A DNA stretch of 64,000 bases from Bacilli bacterium. Lineage in GTDB: Bacteria > Bacillota_I > Bacilli_A > RF39 > UBA660. The notes beneath the pieces were generated by a model. That model was given only the letters and a program-made list of their open reading frames with translations, made no database searches and had not been told where the DNA came from. Below, one piece after another: positions 7,509 through 17,236 of this stretch (position 1 is the first letter of the stretch; each line of letters opens with the position of its first letter). The stretch covers positions 430-64,429 of the forward strand of contig JAFUTX010000017.1 in assembly GCA_017484065.1 (NCBI GenBank), given 5' to 3'. The position numbers and the translations under genes were made by a program.

Positions 7509-8144
7509 TTATTTTAATAAATCTATTTGGTTTTGATAATTATCACTCTTACAAATAAATGAACCACTAACAACATAATCTAGATTATAATCTCTTACTA
7601 TTTTAATAGTTTTATCATTTATTCCACCATCTATATTAATCTTAATATTATATGAATCTTTTACTTTATTTAAATAAGATACCTTTTCTAATACACTAGG
7701 TATAAATACTTGCCCACCTTGACCTGGATATACACTCATTATTAAAACTTGATTAATAAAAGGTAAATAAGGATTAATTTTATTAATATCAGTATCTGGA
7801 TTAATAGCTAACCCAACATTACAATCAAGTTTCTTTATTAAATTAATATACTTCATTAAATTAACGTTACTCTCTAATTCAATATGAAATGTAATATTAT
7901 TTGGTTTTAAAATACTTAGTTCATTTACATATTTTTCTACGTCTTCAACCATTAAATGAATATCTAATTTTTTATTAGTATTTTTTAATAAATTAACCAA
8001 CTCATTAGTAGGCATAGTTTTATTATTAACAAATATGCCATCCATGACATCAATATGAATAAACTCTACATCAGTATTATTTATTCTATCAATAGTTTCA
8101 ACACTACTATAATTACTACTTAAAAAAGATACTTCTATTTCCAT
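7509..8144 (-). CDS. rpe: Ribulose-phosphate 3-epimerase
   Basis: Motifs HIDVMDG, MSVYPGQGGQ and DGGIN. It sits in the conserved position after rsgA. Confidence 0.85.
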   Translation of the reverse strand: MEIEVSFLSSNYSSVETIDRINNTDVEFIHIDVMDGIFVNNKTMPTNELVNLLKNTNKKLDIHLMVEDVEKYVNELSILKPNNITFHIELESNVNLMKYINLIKKLDCNVGLAINPDTDINKINPYLPFINQVLIMSVYPGQGGQVFIPSVLEKVSYLNKVKDSYNIKINIDGGINDKTIKIVRDYNLDYVVSGSFICKSDNYQNQIDLLK

Positions 8145-8989
8145 AAAGACTCCTTTGCTTCATTATAAAAATCTATATAACTTTCATATCTTGAAGATAG
8201 TATGTAACCATTATTAACTGCGTCTTTAACTCCACAGTTTATTTCTTTATAATGGTTACAATCATTAAACTTACACTCATATTTTTTAAATTCAATAAAT
8301 CCATTTTTTACATCAGCTTTTAATATTTCTTCAAAATCTATACTAGAAAAACCTGGGGTATCTACTACAAAAAAATCAGCTATTTTGTATAGTTCTACAT
8401 GTCTAGTTGTGTGTTTACCTCGACCTAAAGCTTTGCTTATTTCATTAGTTTCTAAATTTAAATTAGTATCCAATTTATTAATCAATGTGGATTTGCCTGC
8501 TCCGCTTTGACCAGTAAATACTACAGTTTTATTTTTTAAAATATCCTTTATTTCATCTATATTTTGATTATTAACTACTTTGATACCAATACTTTTATAG
8601 TATTCAATTATTTCGTTTATTTTATTAATTTCATCTATATTTAATAAATCTAATTTTGTTAAACAAATAATTGGTTCAATTTTTTTTATAGTTATAATCA
8701 TTATTAATTTATCTAATAAGTTCATACTTAAATCTGGTTCTTTTAAACTTGTTACAATAACAGCAGCATCGACATTAGCAACTACTGGTCTTGTTAAATT
8801 ATTAATACGTGGCAATATTTCCATTATATAATTGTTATCAGTATCAACTACACAATAATCTCCTACGGTCGGGGTTATCTTATCATATCTAAACTTACCA
8901 CGTGGTTTACATTCATATAGTTTATTAGCAACTTGCACAGTATACAAGTTGCTAATATTTTTAATTATTTTGCCTTTATTGTAAACCAT
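8135..8989 (-). CDS. rsgA: Ribosome small-subunit biogenesis GTPase RsgA
   Basis: G-motifs in circularly permuted order (LTKLDL then GQSGAGKST). A C-terminal Cys/His zinc motif is present (CKFNDCNH..C). Confidence 0.9.
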   Translation of the reverse strand: MVYNKGKIIKNISNLYTVQVANKLYECKPRGKFRYDKITPTVGDYCVVDTDNNYIMEILPRINNLTRPVVANVDAAVIVTSLKEPDLSMNLLDKLIMIITIKKIEPIICLTKLDLLNIDEINKINEIIEYYKSIGIKVVNNQNIDEIKDILKNKTVVFTGQSGAGKSTLINKLDTNLNLETNEISKALGRGKHTTRHVELYKIADFFVVDTPGFSSIDFEEILKADVKNGFIEFKKYECKFNDCNHYKEINCGVKDAVNNGYILSSRYESYIDFYNEAKESLWK

Positions 8990-10742
8990 CGGTAACGCCT
9001 ATATTATCTGCATCAACATCATCACTTTCACTTGATGTTGGAGCAATTGCTACTTTAATTTTGAATGATGAACCACTTAATACAGTATAACCAGCTGGTT
9101 TACTTTGATAGAATATTGTACCAACTTGATATTCGCTAGTTTCAATTTCTTCAATTTCTACTGTTAAACCATTAGTTTCAGCAAAGTTTTGAACATTAGT
9201 TATATTAAACGAACCATCAGTAAAATCTGGATATTTAATAACAATATTAGGAATATAAATAGTTATTGTGTCGCCACTTTCAAGTTCTTCGCCACTCTTC
9301 TTGGATTGATCAATTATCTCTCCTTCACCATATTTATTTTCATCATCAATATCTTTTTTCTCAACTAAAACTTTAACTCCTTGTGCTTCTAAGGCACCTT
9401 TTATTTCTAAATAATTTTTACCAGTATAATCTTCTACAGCTATTTTGCTACTTCCTGTAGAAACATATAAAACTATTTCTGTGCCTTTTTTCTTCTTAGT
9501 GCCTACATTTGGATTAGTTTTAACTACACAACCTTCGGCAACGTCACTACTACTAATTTCTTGTTCATCATCACTGATAACAAACCCTTTATCTTGCAGC
9601 TTTTCAATAGCTTCTTCAACCGGCATGCCAACTACATCTGGTATTTCAATCTTTGCTTGATTCGTAATTGCTGGTAAAAGCAAGAATATTGATGTAACAA
9701 TAACAATCAAACCAGTAAAGATTGATAATAGAATAATTAATAATTTATTTTGTTTTTTCTCTTCATCAGGATTTATTTTAATAGCTATTTCTTCATCTGT
9801 CATAGGCTTATTGACTTTTTTACTTTCCTGAACCATTTTAGCCATTCTAGCATCATCATAATCAAACTCAGGGAATTTGTATCTAACTCTAGGTTCATTT
9901 CTTCTAGACTCTTCTAAACAAGTTTTTAAATCTTCATGCATTTCCCTAGCATCTAAATATCTATTTTTTGGATTCTTAGCTGTAGAACGTAAAATAATAT
10001 TTTCAATACTTTGTGGTAAATTAGGCAAATCTACCATTATACTTGGCAATGGTTCTTTTAAATGTTTCAAAGCTATTTCAACTGCATTATCGCCTTTATA
10101 TGGTAGTTTTCCGGTTAATAATTCATACATTAAAATACCCATTGAATAAATATCGCTTTGAAGTGTTGCACCCTTACCATTAGCTTGCTCCGGAGGTAGA
10201 TAATGTACACTCCCCATAACCGAATTAGTTTGGGTAAGTTGGGTTGCGTTCATGGCCATAGCAATACCAAAATCGGTTATTTTAACCATACCATTTTCTA
10301 AAATCATTATATTTTGTGGTTTTATATCACGGTGAATTATATAACTATCATGAGCAACACTCATGCCATCAGTTATTTGAAGCATTATATCTACTACTTC
10401 ACTTACAGTTAATTTACCACGTTTTTTAAGTAAATTTTTAAGATGTTTACCATCAATGTACTCCATAACTATATAGTATTGACCATTATCTTCTCCAACA
10501 TCATATACTTCAACTATATTTGGATGATTTAAACTCGATGCTGATAACGCTTCTCTTTGAAAACGACGAACAAATTTTTCATCAGTAGCTAAATCTCCGC
10601 GTAAAACTTTAACTGCTACATTTCTGTCTAATATGGTGTCATATGCCAAATAAACATTAGCCATACCACCTTCACCAATACTCTTAATTATTTGGTATCT
10701 TTCACTAATCTTTTGCCCTTTCATTATCATTTTATTCTTCAC
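8976..10742 (-). CDS. pknB: PASTA-domain Ser/Thr protein kinase
   Basis: Kinase motifs HRDIKPQN and DFG, followed by a TM segment and C-terminal PASTA-like repeats. Confidence 0.9.
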   Translation of the reverse strand: MKNKMIMKGQKISERYQIIKSIGEGGMANVYLAYDTILDRNVAVKVLRGDLATDEKFVRRFQREALSASSLNHPNIVEVYDVGEDNGQYYIVMEYIDGKHLKNLLKKRGKLTVSEVVDIMLQITDGMSVAHDSYIIHRDIKPQNIMILENGMVKITDFGIAMAMNATQLTQTNSVMGSVHYLPPEQANGKGATLQSDIYSMGILMYELLTGKLPYKGDNAVEIALKHLKEPLPSIMVDLPNLPQSIENIILRSTAKNPKNRYLDAREMHEDLKTCLEESRRNEPRVRYKFPEFDYDDARMAKMVQESKKVNKPMTDEEIAIKINPDEEKKQNKLLIILLSIFTGLIVIVTSIFLLLPAITNQAKIEIPDVVGMPVEEAIEKLQDKGFVISDDEQEISSSDVAEGCVVKTNPNVGTKKKKGTEIVLYVSTGSSKIAVEDYTGKNYLEIKGALEAQGVKVLVEKKDIDDENKYGEGEIIDQSKKSGEELESGDTITIYIPNIVIKYPDFTDGSFNITNVQNFAETNGLTVEIEEIETSEYQVGTIFYQSKPAGYTVLSGSSFKIKVAIAPTSSESDDVDADNIGVTDGLQ

Positions 10743-11475
10743 CGCTTTCCATTATTAAATACGCAATTGATATATTATCAGTTCCACCCCTTGAATTACA
10801 TTTTTTAACTAATTTTATTAATTTACTTTCAATATCTAATTCTTCATCATTTAATACTTTTTCAATCTGTTCTACGCTCATTAAGTTTGTTAAACCATCG
10901 CTACATAAAAGTATTGCTTCACTACGCATATCAACATCATATAAATCAAGTTCTGCCTTTTCTGTAGCTCCTAAAGCTTTCATTAAAACATTTTTCTTAG
11001 GATGATATTTTGCTTCTTCTTCTGTTAAATCTCCTGCTTCCACAAGCAAATTAACTAATGTATGATCATGAGTCACTTTCTTTAAATGTTTATCTATCAT
11101 TACAAAACCAGACGAATCTCCAATATTTCCGAAAAGAAGGTAATCATGAGTTAAAAGAGCTATAACAATAGTAGTACCCATCCCAACTGAATCTGGATGA
11201 ACACTCGCATAATCTAATATATTTTTATTTATTTCGTTAACATTATCATTAAGCCAATTAGCTGCATCTATTTTTGAACCCATTGAATTAACTTGTGAAA
11301 AACGTTTACCCAAATGAGTTACTGCAATAGAGCTTGCAACTTCCCCCTTCCGATGTCCACCCATACCATCAGCAATTACCATTAAATACTCATCACTAGC
11401 ATTTTTTAAAATGGTAACACTATCTTCATTATGACTGCGAACACGGCCTACATCTGTTAAATAGTAAGCTTTCAA
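10732..11475 (-). CDS. stp: PP2C-family Ser/Thr phosphatase
   Basis: Motifs RSHNEDS, ADGMGGH and CSDGL. It overlaps the pknB start. Confidence 0.9.
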   Translation of the reverse strand: MKAYYLTDVGRVRSHNEDSVTILKNASDEYLMVIADGMGGHRKGEVASSIAVTHLGKRFSQVNSMGSKIDAANWLNDNVNEINKNILDYASVHPDSVGMGTTIVIALLTHDYLLFGNIGDSSGFVMIDKHLKKVTHDHTLVNLLVEAGDLTEEEAKYHPKKNVLMKALGATEKAELDLYDVDMRSEAILLCSDGLTNLMSVEQIEKVLNDEELDIESKLIKLVKKCNSRGGTDNISIAYLIMESGEE

Positions 11476-11476
11476 A

Positions 11477-12499
11477 TTACCTCACCTCTTTACTCCTTAA
11501 TTGACCACAAGCAGCAGAAATATTACTGCCAAATTCTTTTCTTATCGTCACATTAATATTATTCTTCTTTAGTGTATCATAAAACTGCATTATACGATTT
11601 TTGCTGCTTTTTTTAAATTCAATATGATTAGTTTCGTTATAAGGTATTAAATTAACATAAACATTTAACCCTTTTAGTAAATTAGATAACTCTATAGCAT
11701 TTTCTATATTATCATTTACTAAATTAAGCATAACATATTCTATAGTAACTCGTCTATTAGTTTGCGCAATATAATCCTTTATAGCTGTTAATAATTTGTC
11801 TAAACTGTAAACTTTGTTTACATTCATTAATTTATTTCTTAGCTCGTTATTTGATGCATGCAAACTTATTGCCAGATTAACTTGCAATGGAAATTTAGCA
11901 AATTCATATATTTTAGGAACAAGACCACAAGTAGATACGGTAATATGACGTGCTCCAATAGCAAGACCTTTACTATTATTAATAATAGTAATAAAATTCA
12001 TTACATTATCATAATTATCAAAAGGTTCGCCAATTCCCATGACAACTACACTAGATATTCTTTTATTTATATCTTGTTCAATAAGGAGAATTTGTTCAAC
12101 CATTTCATATGTCTCAAGATTTCTTATTTTTTTAAGACGGCCACTCTCACAAAAAGCACAACCCATATTACAACCTACTTGACTAGAAACACAAATACTT
12201 AGTCCATAATCATGCTCCATTAATACTGCTTCTACAAATTCACTATCACTAAGTTCAAATAAATATTTTTTAGTTAGATTATCTTCTTCTTTTTTTACTA
12301 TTTTAATAAAATCTAAAGAATAGTCTTCCTTAATTTTTTCTCTAATATCCTTCTTAATATTAGACCAATCATCTACATTAAATTCTTTCTTTTGATATAG
12401 CCATTCATATACTTGTAAAGCTTTAAATTTCTTTTCATTAATACTTAAAAAATACAATTCTAATTGTTCTCTAGATTTACTCATTATATTATTTTTCAA
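11477..12499 (-). CDS. rlmN: 23S rRNA/tRNA A2503/A37 methyltransferase RlmN (radical SAM)
   Basis: Motif GCNMGCAFCESG plus a C-terminal conserved Cys (SAACGQL). Confidence 0.9.
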   Translation of the reverse strand: MKNNIMSKSREQLELYFLSINEKKFKALQVYEWLYQKKEFNVDDWSNIKKDIREKIKEDYSLDFIKIVKKEEDNLTKKYLFELSDSEFVEAVLMEHDYGLSICVSSQVGCNMGCAFCESGRLKKIRNLETYEMVEQILLIEQDINKRISSVVVMGIGEPFDNYDNVMNFITIINNSKGLAIGARHITVSTCGLVPKIYEFAKFPLQVNLAISLHASNNELRNKLMNVNKVYSLDKLLTAIKDYIAQTNRRVTIEYVMLNLVNDNIENAIELSNLLKGLNVYVNLIPYNETNHIEFKKSSKNRIMQFYDTLKKNNINVTIRKEFGSNISAACGQLRSKEVR

Positions 12500-12555
12500 A
12501 GTTAATCACCTATGTAATTATATCAAACAAAGAAAAAAGTAACAATATGTAGTTG

Positions 12556-14283
12556 TTACTTCTTTAAAGATAAAGCTTTTTGATATATTATCTCATTAGT
12601 TGGAATCAATTTATCTTTAACTGTTAAAGGTATAATAACTATATAATCTATATTACCTGCACTATTTAAATATATTTTTAAATGAGTTGCTCCATTATGA
12701 ACACGGTCAAAAGTTAAAGAAGGTATTAATAAACTATTATTAATAGTATCAAATAAACTCTTATGAATATGTCCAAATACATCTAAATAGACATCATCTC
12801 TACTTTTCTTTTGAATATCATAGTAATCAGATAAATGTTTTTTTATTAATAAATTTGAACTATTAATAATATCCAATCTTAAATTAAGATTTGGATGATG
12901 TAACTTGATTATATCATTATTAATTTTAATATTAGCATAATTATACCCTAACGAATGTAAATCTATTCTTCTTTCGTTTATTTTCTTTAAACAATCTATT
13001 CCATAAGCTAAAATAAAATTATCATGGTTTCCACCTAAAATATAATGTTCAACATTCTTAGGAATTATCTTCAATAATTCTTCCATTTCTTTTTCAAAAT
13101 TAAGCATTATTTCATAAGGTGTCTTATCAGTATTACAATAATAATTATTAAATAAATCTCCTAAATTAATAATTTTACTAATATTTTTTTTAGCTATATA
13201 ATCATATACATAATCGATATTTTCTTTTGTCAAATCATAATTTTTTGATTTGTAATGAATATCACTTATAAATAATAAATCTATAACTTCGCCATTAGTA
13301 TTAAGTTTTAATGTTTTTTCACCTTCAGGTTTTATTTTTCCTATACCAAATACACCGTTATAATCATCTATACCTGTTATATAGTAGTCTTTACTTAATT
13401 CTATTAACATACTATATACATCTTCTTTAGAATATTTATCACTTAAAATATCTATAATTTCTTCTATGGTCATACTATCAAGATAAATATGTTTTAGTAT
13501 TTCTTTTTTAGCTGACTGATATTCATCTTTACTATTTTTTTCTTGCTCTACTATTTTAAGTTTTTCTTGATATTCAAATAAATCATTATGCAGTTCACTA
13601 ATATTAAAGTTTAACTCATTCTTTTCTTGAGCTAATATAGAAATAGAAGTATCTTTATCTTTCATATCTTCTTCTAAACTAATAATCTTTTTTTCAGCTA
13701 GTTTTAATTGTTGTTTTAATTCTTTTAATTGTTTCAATTGTTCAGTTATAGTCAAATTCTTTTCATCAATACTATCATTTTTATCAGCTAGTTTAAGTTT
13801 TAAATCTTCAATCTCTTTAGTTTTATCTTCATTACTCTTTGTTAGGCGGTTAATATCTCCTAATAAAGATGGATCAGCAACTTCTTCATTATCTTTTTTT
13901 AAATACTCATTATAACCATTAAGATATTCATTTATTTCAATATCTATTCCTATATCATATTCTTTAATATATGAATAATAATTATTCTTTACCCTTCTTA
14001 TTTCTTTTTCTAATTCATCAGTGGTATTAATTATATGACTATTTAAATAACCTAATAATTTAAAAATAGCAAAATAATACTTTTTTAAAGCTAAATGATC
14101 AAAATTATTAGTCAATGTATAATCAATACGATTAATCATAAATTCTATTAATTCAGAGCCAGTATATTTAACATTTCTTTTAGGGAAAAACATATAATAA
14201 CTAAAATTTTCTATACTAGTACTATTAATTCTTCCTAATAAATTCATTTTATCCATTTGAGTTAAAGCCATAGAATCACTCAT
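12556..14283 (-). CDS. Hypothetical protein: unknown N-domain, long coiled coil, and a C-terminal calcineurin-like metallophosphoesterase
   Basis: Metallophosphoesterase motifs appear in order: SDIH, LGDLFN, GGNHDN, LHHP, FGHIH. Residues ~150-260 are heptad-like and K/E/L-rich. Confidence 0.6.
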   Translation of the reverse strand: MSDSMALTQMDKMNLLGRINSTSIENFSYYMFFPKRNVKYTGSELIEFMINRIDYTLTNNFDHLALKKYYFAIFKLLGYLNSHIINTTDELEKEIRRVKNNYYSYIKEYDIGIDIEINEYLNGYNEYLKKDNEEVADPSLLGDINRLTKSNEDKTKEIEDLKLKLADKNDSIDEKNLTITEQLKQLKELKQQLKLAEKKIISLEEDMKDKDTSISILAQEKNELNFNISELHNDLFEYQEKLKIVEQEKNSKDEYQSAKKEILKHIYLDSMTIEEIIDILSDKYSKEDVYSMLIELSKDYYITGIDDYNGVFGIGKIKPEGEKTLKLNTNGEVIDLLFISDIHYKSKNYDLTKENIDYVYDYIAKKNISKIINLGDLFNNYYCNTDKTPYEIMLNFEKEMEELLKIIPKNVEHYILGGNHDNFILAYGIDCLKKINERRIDLHSLGYNYANIKINNDIIKLHHPNLNLRLDIINSSNLLIKKHLSDYYDIQKKSRDDVYLDVFGHIHKSLFDTINNSLLIPSLTFDRVHNGATHLKIYLNSAGNIDYIVIIPLTVKDKLIPTNEIIYQKALSLKK

Positions 14284-14346
14284 TTCTTAAGAATTTATTT
14301 TATATTAATACACTAGTTGCTGTCAATTAAAAATAAGCCCTAAGGC

Positions 14347-14646
14347 TTACTTAATACTATTTAAACTCGTTATTATTTCGTCTTTTGTTCTAAAGCCAAT
14401 TTCTTTAAGTTTGACCTCTCCATTTTTAATATAAACCAAAGTAGGTATACTCATAACTCCATATTCTCTTGCAATTAATGGAAATTCATCAGTATTTACT
14501 TTAATTATATCTATATCTTCTAATGTTTCTAATACTGGAGCTAACATTTTACAAGGGCCACACCACTCAGCATAAAAATCAACTAAATGAATTCCTTTAC
14601 TTATTAAATCTGTGAAATTATCTTCTTCTTTTAAATGTTTAACCAT
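14347..14646 (-). CDS. trxA: Thioredoxin
   Basis: WCGPC active site in a ~100-aa protein. Confidence 0.9.
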   Translation of the reverse strand: MVKHLKEEDNFTDLISKGIHLVDFYAEWCGPCKMLAPVLETLEDIDIIKVNTDEFPLIAREYGVMSIPTLVYIKNGEVKLKEIGFRTKDEIITSLNSIK

Positions 14647-14655
14647 CTTAACCTC

Positions 14656-15354
14656 CTAATATTTTTTTAATACTTCTTTAGCATCTTTTACTTTTAATTT
14701 ACCACTATCAATTAAAGAATTAACTTGATCTTTATTAATAACTTTATATTTAAGTAAAACATCTAATGCTGCTTTATTATACTCTTTACTATCACTGTGA
14801 TATTTAGAATGTAAGTCATATATTTCATTAAAAGCGTCATAAGTATCTCCGACTAAGTTAGATAATACTGGGCTAGAATCCATTATCTTAACCGCTATTT
14901 TACTTTGCCTAATATAAGCTCCACCAACATTTATTTGATTTAATATAAATAATGAAATAAAGATTACTACATACATTTCAAGCACACCAAGTATAGCTCC
15001 TAATATTTTAAAAGGTAAACCTAAAACAATAGTAGCATTTAATAATTTTTCAAATAAGCCACTTACCTTTATAATTATTTTTAATATTATTGATAATAAA
15101 GAGAAAATTATAAAAAAAGCAATTAATTCATAAATAATTATATTTAATACACTTACTCCTACAAATATTGTATCTTTAAATTGAAAGAACGGACAAAATT
15201 TAAGTAATGCAGTTGCTAAAGGATTTTTTAATTTCCAAGCAATTATAATAAAAAGTACTGTTGCTACAAATGACACGCCACTTTTAATAATTCCTCTTTT
15301 AAAGCCTAAGAAAGCTCCTGCTACTAATAATAATAAAATAATTACTTCTACCAT
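14656..15354 (-). CDS. CvpA-family membrane protein
   Basis: The N-terminus is VIILLLLVAGAFLGFKRGIIKSG, followed by four TM segments, which is typical of the CvpA family. Confidence 0.65.
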   Translation of the reverse strand: MVEVIILLLLVAGAFLGFKRGIIKSGVSFVATVLFIIIAWKLKNPLATALLKFCPFFQFKDTIFVGVSVLNIIIYELIAFFIIFSLLSIILKIIIKVSGLFEKLLNATIVLGLPFKILGAILGVLEMYVVIFISLFILNQINVGGAYIRQSKIAVKIMDSSPVLSNLVGDTYDAFNEIYDLHSKYHSDSKEYNKAALDVLLKYKVINKDQVNSLIDSGKLKVKDAKEVLKKY

Positions 15355-15425
15355 TTAATACACCTCTATATTAATTATATAACAAAGTTTAAAAAAAACA
15401 ACAAAAGATAGTTATTGGTTGACAA

Positions 15426-17099
15426 CTATCTTTTTAATCTTTTATTCTTTTTACCTACATTTACAAAATAATTATTCTTATTTAACTCTTTTAAAATACT
15501 AGTCATATTATCATTAGGAGTTATTCTATTATTGTATTTATTCATGATAATCTTTTGTAAATTAAGTCCTAAATAATTATATGGGTCTATTACTATCATA
15601 CTATCTTCATTACAAGTATCAGTATAGATTTTATAATCATCTTTTTCTAAAATATCAAATATTTTATGAGCATCTGGTTTAGCTATTTTATATAACTTAT
15701 CACATATGGCATTGTGATTTTTATTTATTAAATCTTTTAAATCTAATTCACTTCTATAAATCATACTACTATTTTCTAGCATTGGTTTTAATAAATCGCT
15801 TATTATTTGATCAACAGATGTTGTTACATAATCTAAATCATAAGTATTTACATCTTCTAATATTCTACTTAAAATATTATTCATAATATTTAAATTAAGT
15901 TGATTATGAGTTACTAAATAATGATAATCATATTCATTAACAATTTTAGTAATAGTAGGTTCTACTGTTAAATATACTTTATTATCATTTAATAAATGAA
16001 TATGATATGTAATAGTTGGATACGTTTTACCTTCTTTAAATTTAGGTAAATTTAAATTATTATTCGAAATATAATTAATATCTTGTTTCATTTTATCAAT
16101 TAACAAACTATTATTGCTAATTAATAATCCTAGGTTCAACATATGCACATCTAATATTAATGAACCATCACTGCTATACTTAATATTATAAGCGTATTTA
16201 TCATTATTACTAATTTTAAATACTTCACTACTAGATATTATATTCTCTTTATCTTTTGTAACTTCATTATCTTCTATTATTTGATTTAAACGCATTTTTA
16301 AATCTCTAATTTCTAAATTAATTTCATTTTCAACATCATCTATATTTTCTACTTGAATATTTTTAATGGATTTCTTTAAGTAGTCAATATCTCTTAAGAT
16401 AGAATCTTTATCACTATAATTCTTTTCTAATACATATTTTTCTAATTCTTCTAAATAAGTATTATAGCTTTCTATATCTTCATCTTCATAATCTGGTTGT
16501 AATCTATTAAATTCATCTATTAAATCACGATAAAATTCAGGATTAATATAAGACAAACCTTGATCAACTAACTTTAATTTATAATTTTTGCCAAATGAAT
16601 CCAAGAATTTTAATACTATATGTTCATCATTTCTTCTAGCATCTTTAAACTCTGGTATTGTATTAATGATATTTTTAATATATTGAAAATTTTGAGGATT
16701 TTCACTTAATATATCTATAATGTCATAATGATAACGATAATCAGATTCGATAAGTTCTTGATTTAATAATAAGTTTAAACTATATTTAAACATTTTTAGA
16801 ATATCTCTATTTTTCTTTAATGTTTTTGCATCTAAACTTTTATCAGCAAACAAATGAATCTTTTTATTAATTATATCATTAATAAGACATATAAAATGAG
16901 TTCTATCTTCTTCGTTTAAATTAACTAATTGATTAATTATATCACCTAAAATCTTTTGGTAATTTTCATAACTATAATTATTATTAATCAGTTCATCATT
17001 TCTTAAAGAAAATAAAAAATTATTAAGATTAATCATTAATTCACTTGAATATGTTCCTTTAATCACTTTATTAATTGGTGTTTCTTCCATAAATTTCAT
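15426..17099 (-). CDS. Hypothetical 557-aa protein; weak resemblance to a catalytically degenerate RNB (RNase II/R) core
   Basis: No clear family. The segment ISNNDKYAYNIKYSSDGSLILDVHMLNLGLLISNNSLLID follows the spacing of the RNB pattern D-x-DDA..G..L.VHIADV..S.LD, but lacks the acidic residues. Confidence 0.4.
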   Translation of the reverse strand: MKFMEETPINKVIKGTYSSELMINLNNFLFSLRNDELINNNYSYENYQKILGDIINQLVNLNEEDRTHFICLINDIINKKIHLFADKSLDAKTLKKNRDILKMFKYSLNLLLNQELIESDYRYHYDIIDILSENPQNFQYIKNIINTIPEFKDARRNDEHIVLKFLDSFGKNYKLKLVDQGLSYINPEFYRDLIDEFNRLQPDYEDEDIESYNTYLEELEKYVLEKNYSDKDSILRDIDYLKKSIKNIQVENIDDVENEINLEIRDLKMRLNQIIEDNEVTKDKENIISSSEVFKISNNDKYAYNIKYSSDGSLILDVHMLNLGLLISNNSLLIDKMKQDINYISNNNLNLPKFKEGKTYPTITYHIHLLNDNKVYLTVEPTITKIVNEYDYHYLVTHNQLNLNIMNNILSRILEDVNTYDLDYVTTSVDQIISDLLKPMLENSSMIYRSELDLKDLINKNHNAICDKLYKIAKPDAHKIFDILEKDDYKIYTDTCNEDSMIVIDPYNYLGLNLQKIIMNKYNNRITPNDNMTSILKELNKNNYFVNVGKKNKRLKR

Positions 17100-17236
17100 T
17101 TTATTCCCCTCTTTCAGTAGTGCAAGAACTATTTTATCACAAAATATAGAAAATACAACTAGAAATTACTCGTTCTATTAATTGACTTTTAACTATATTT
17201 TATATATTATTAAGTAAGTAAACGGAGGAAAGAAAT

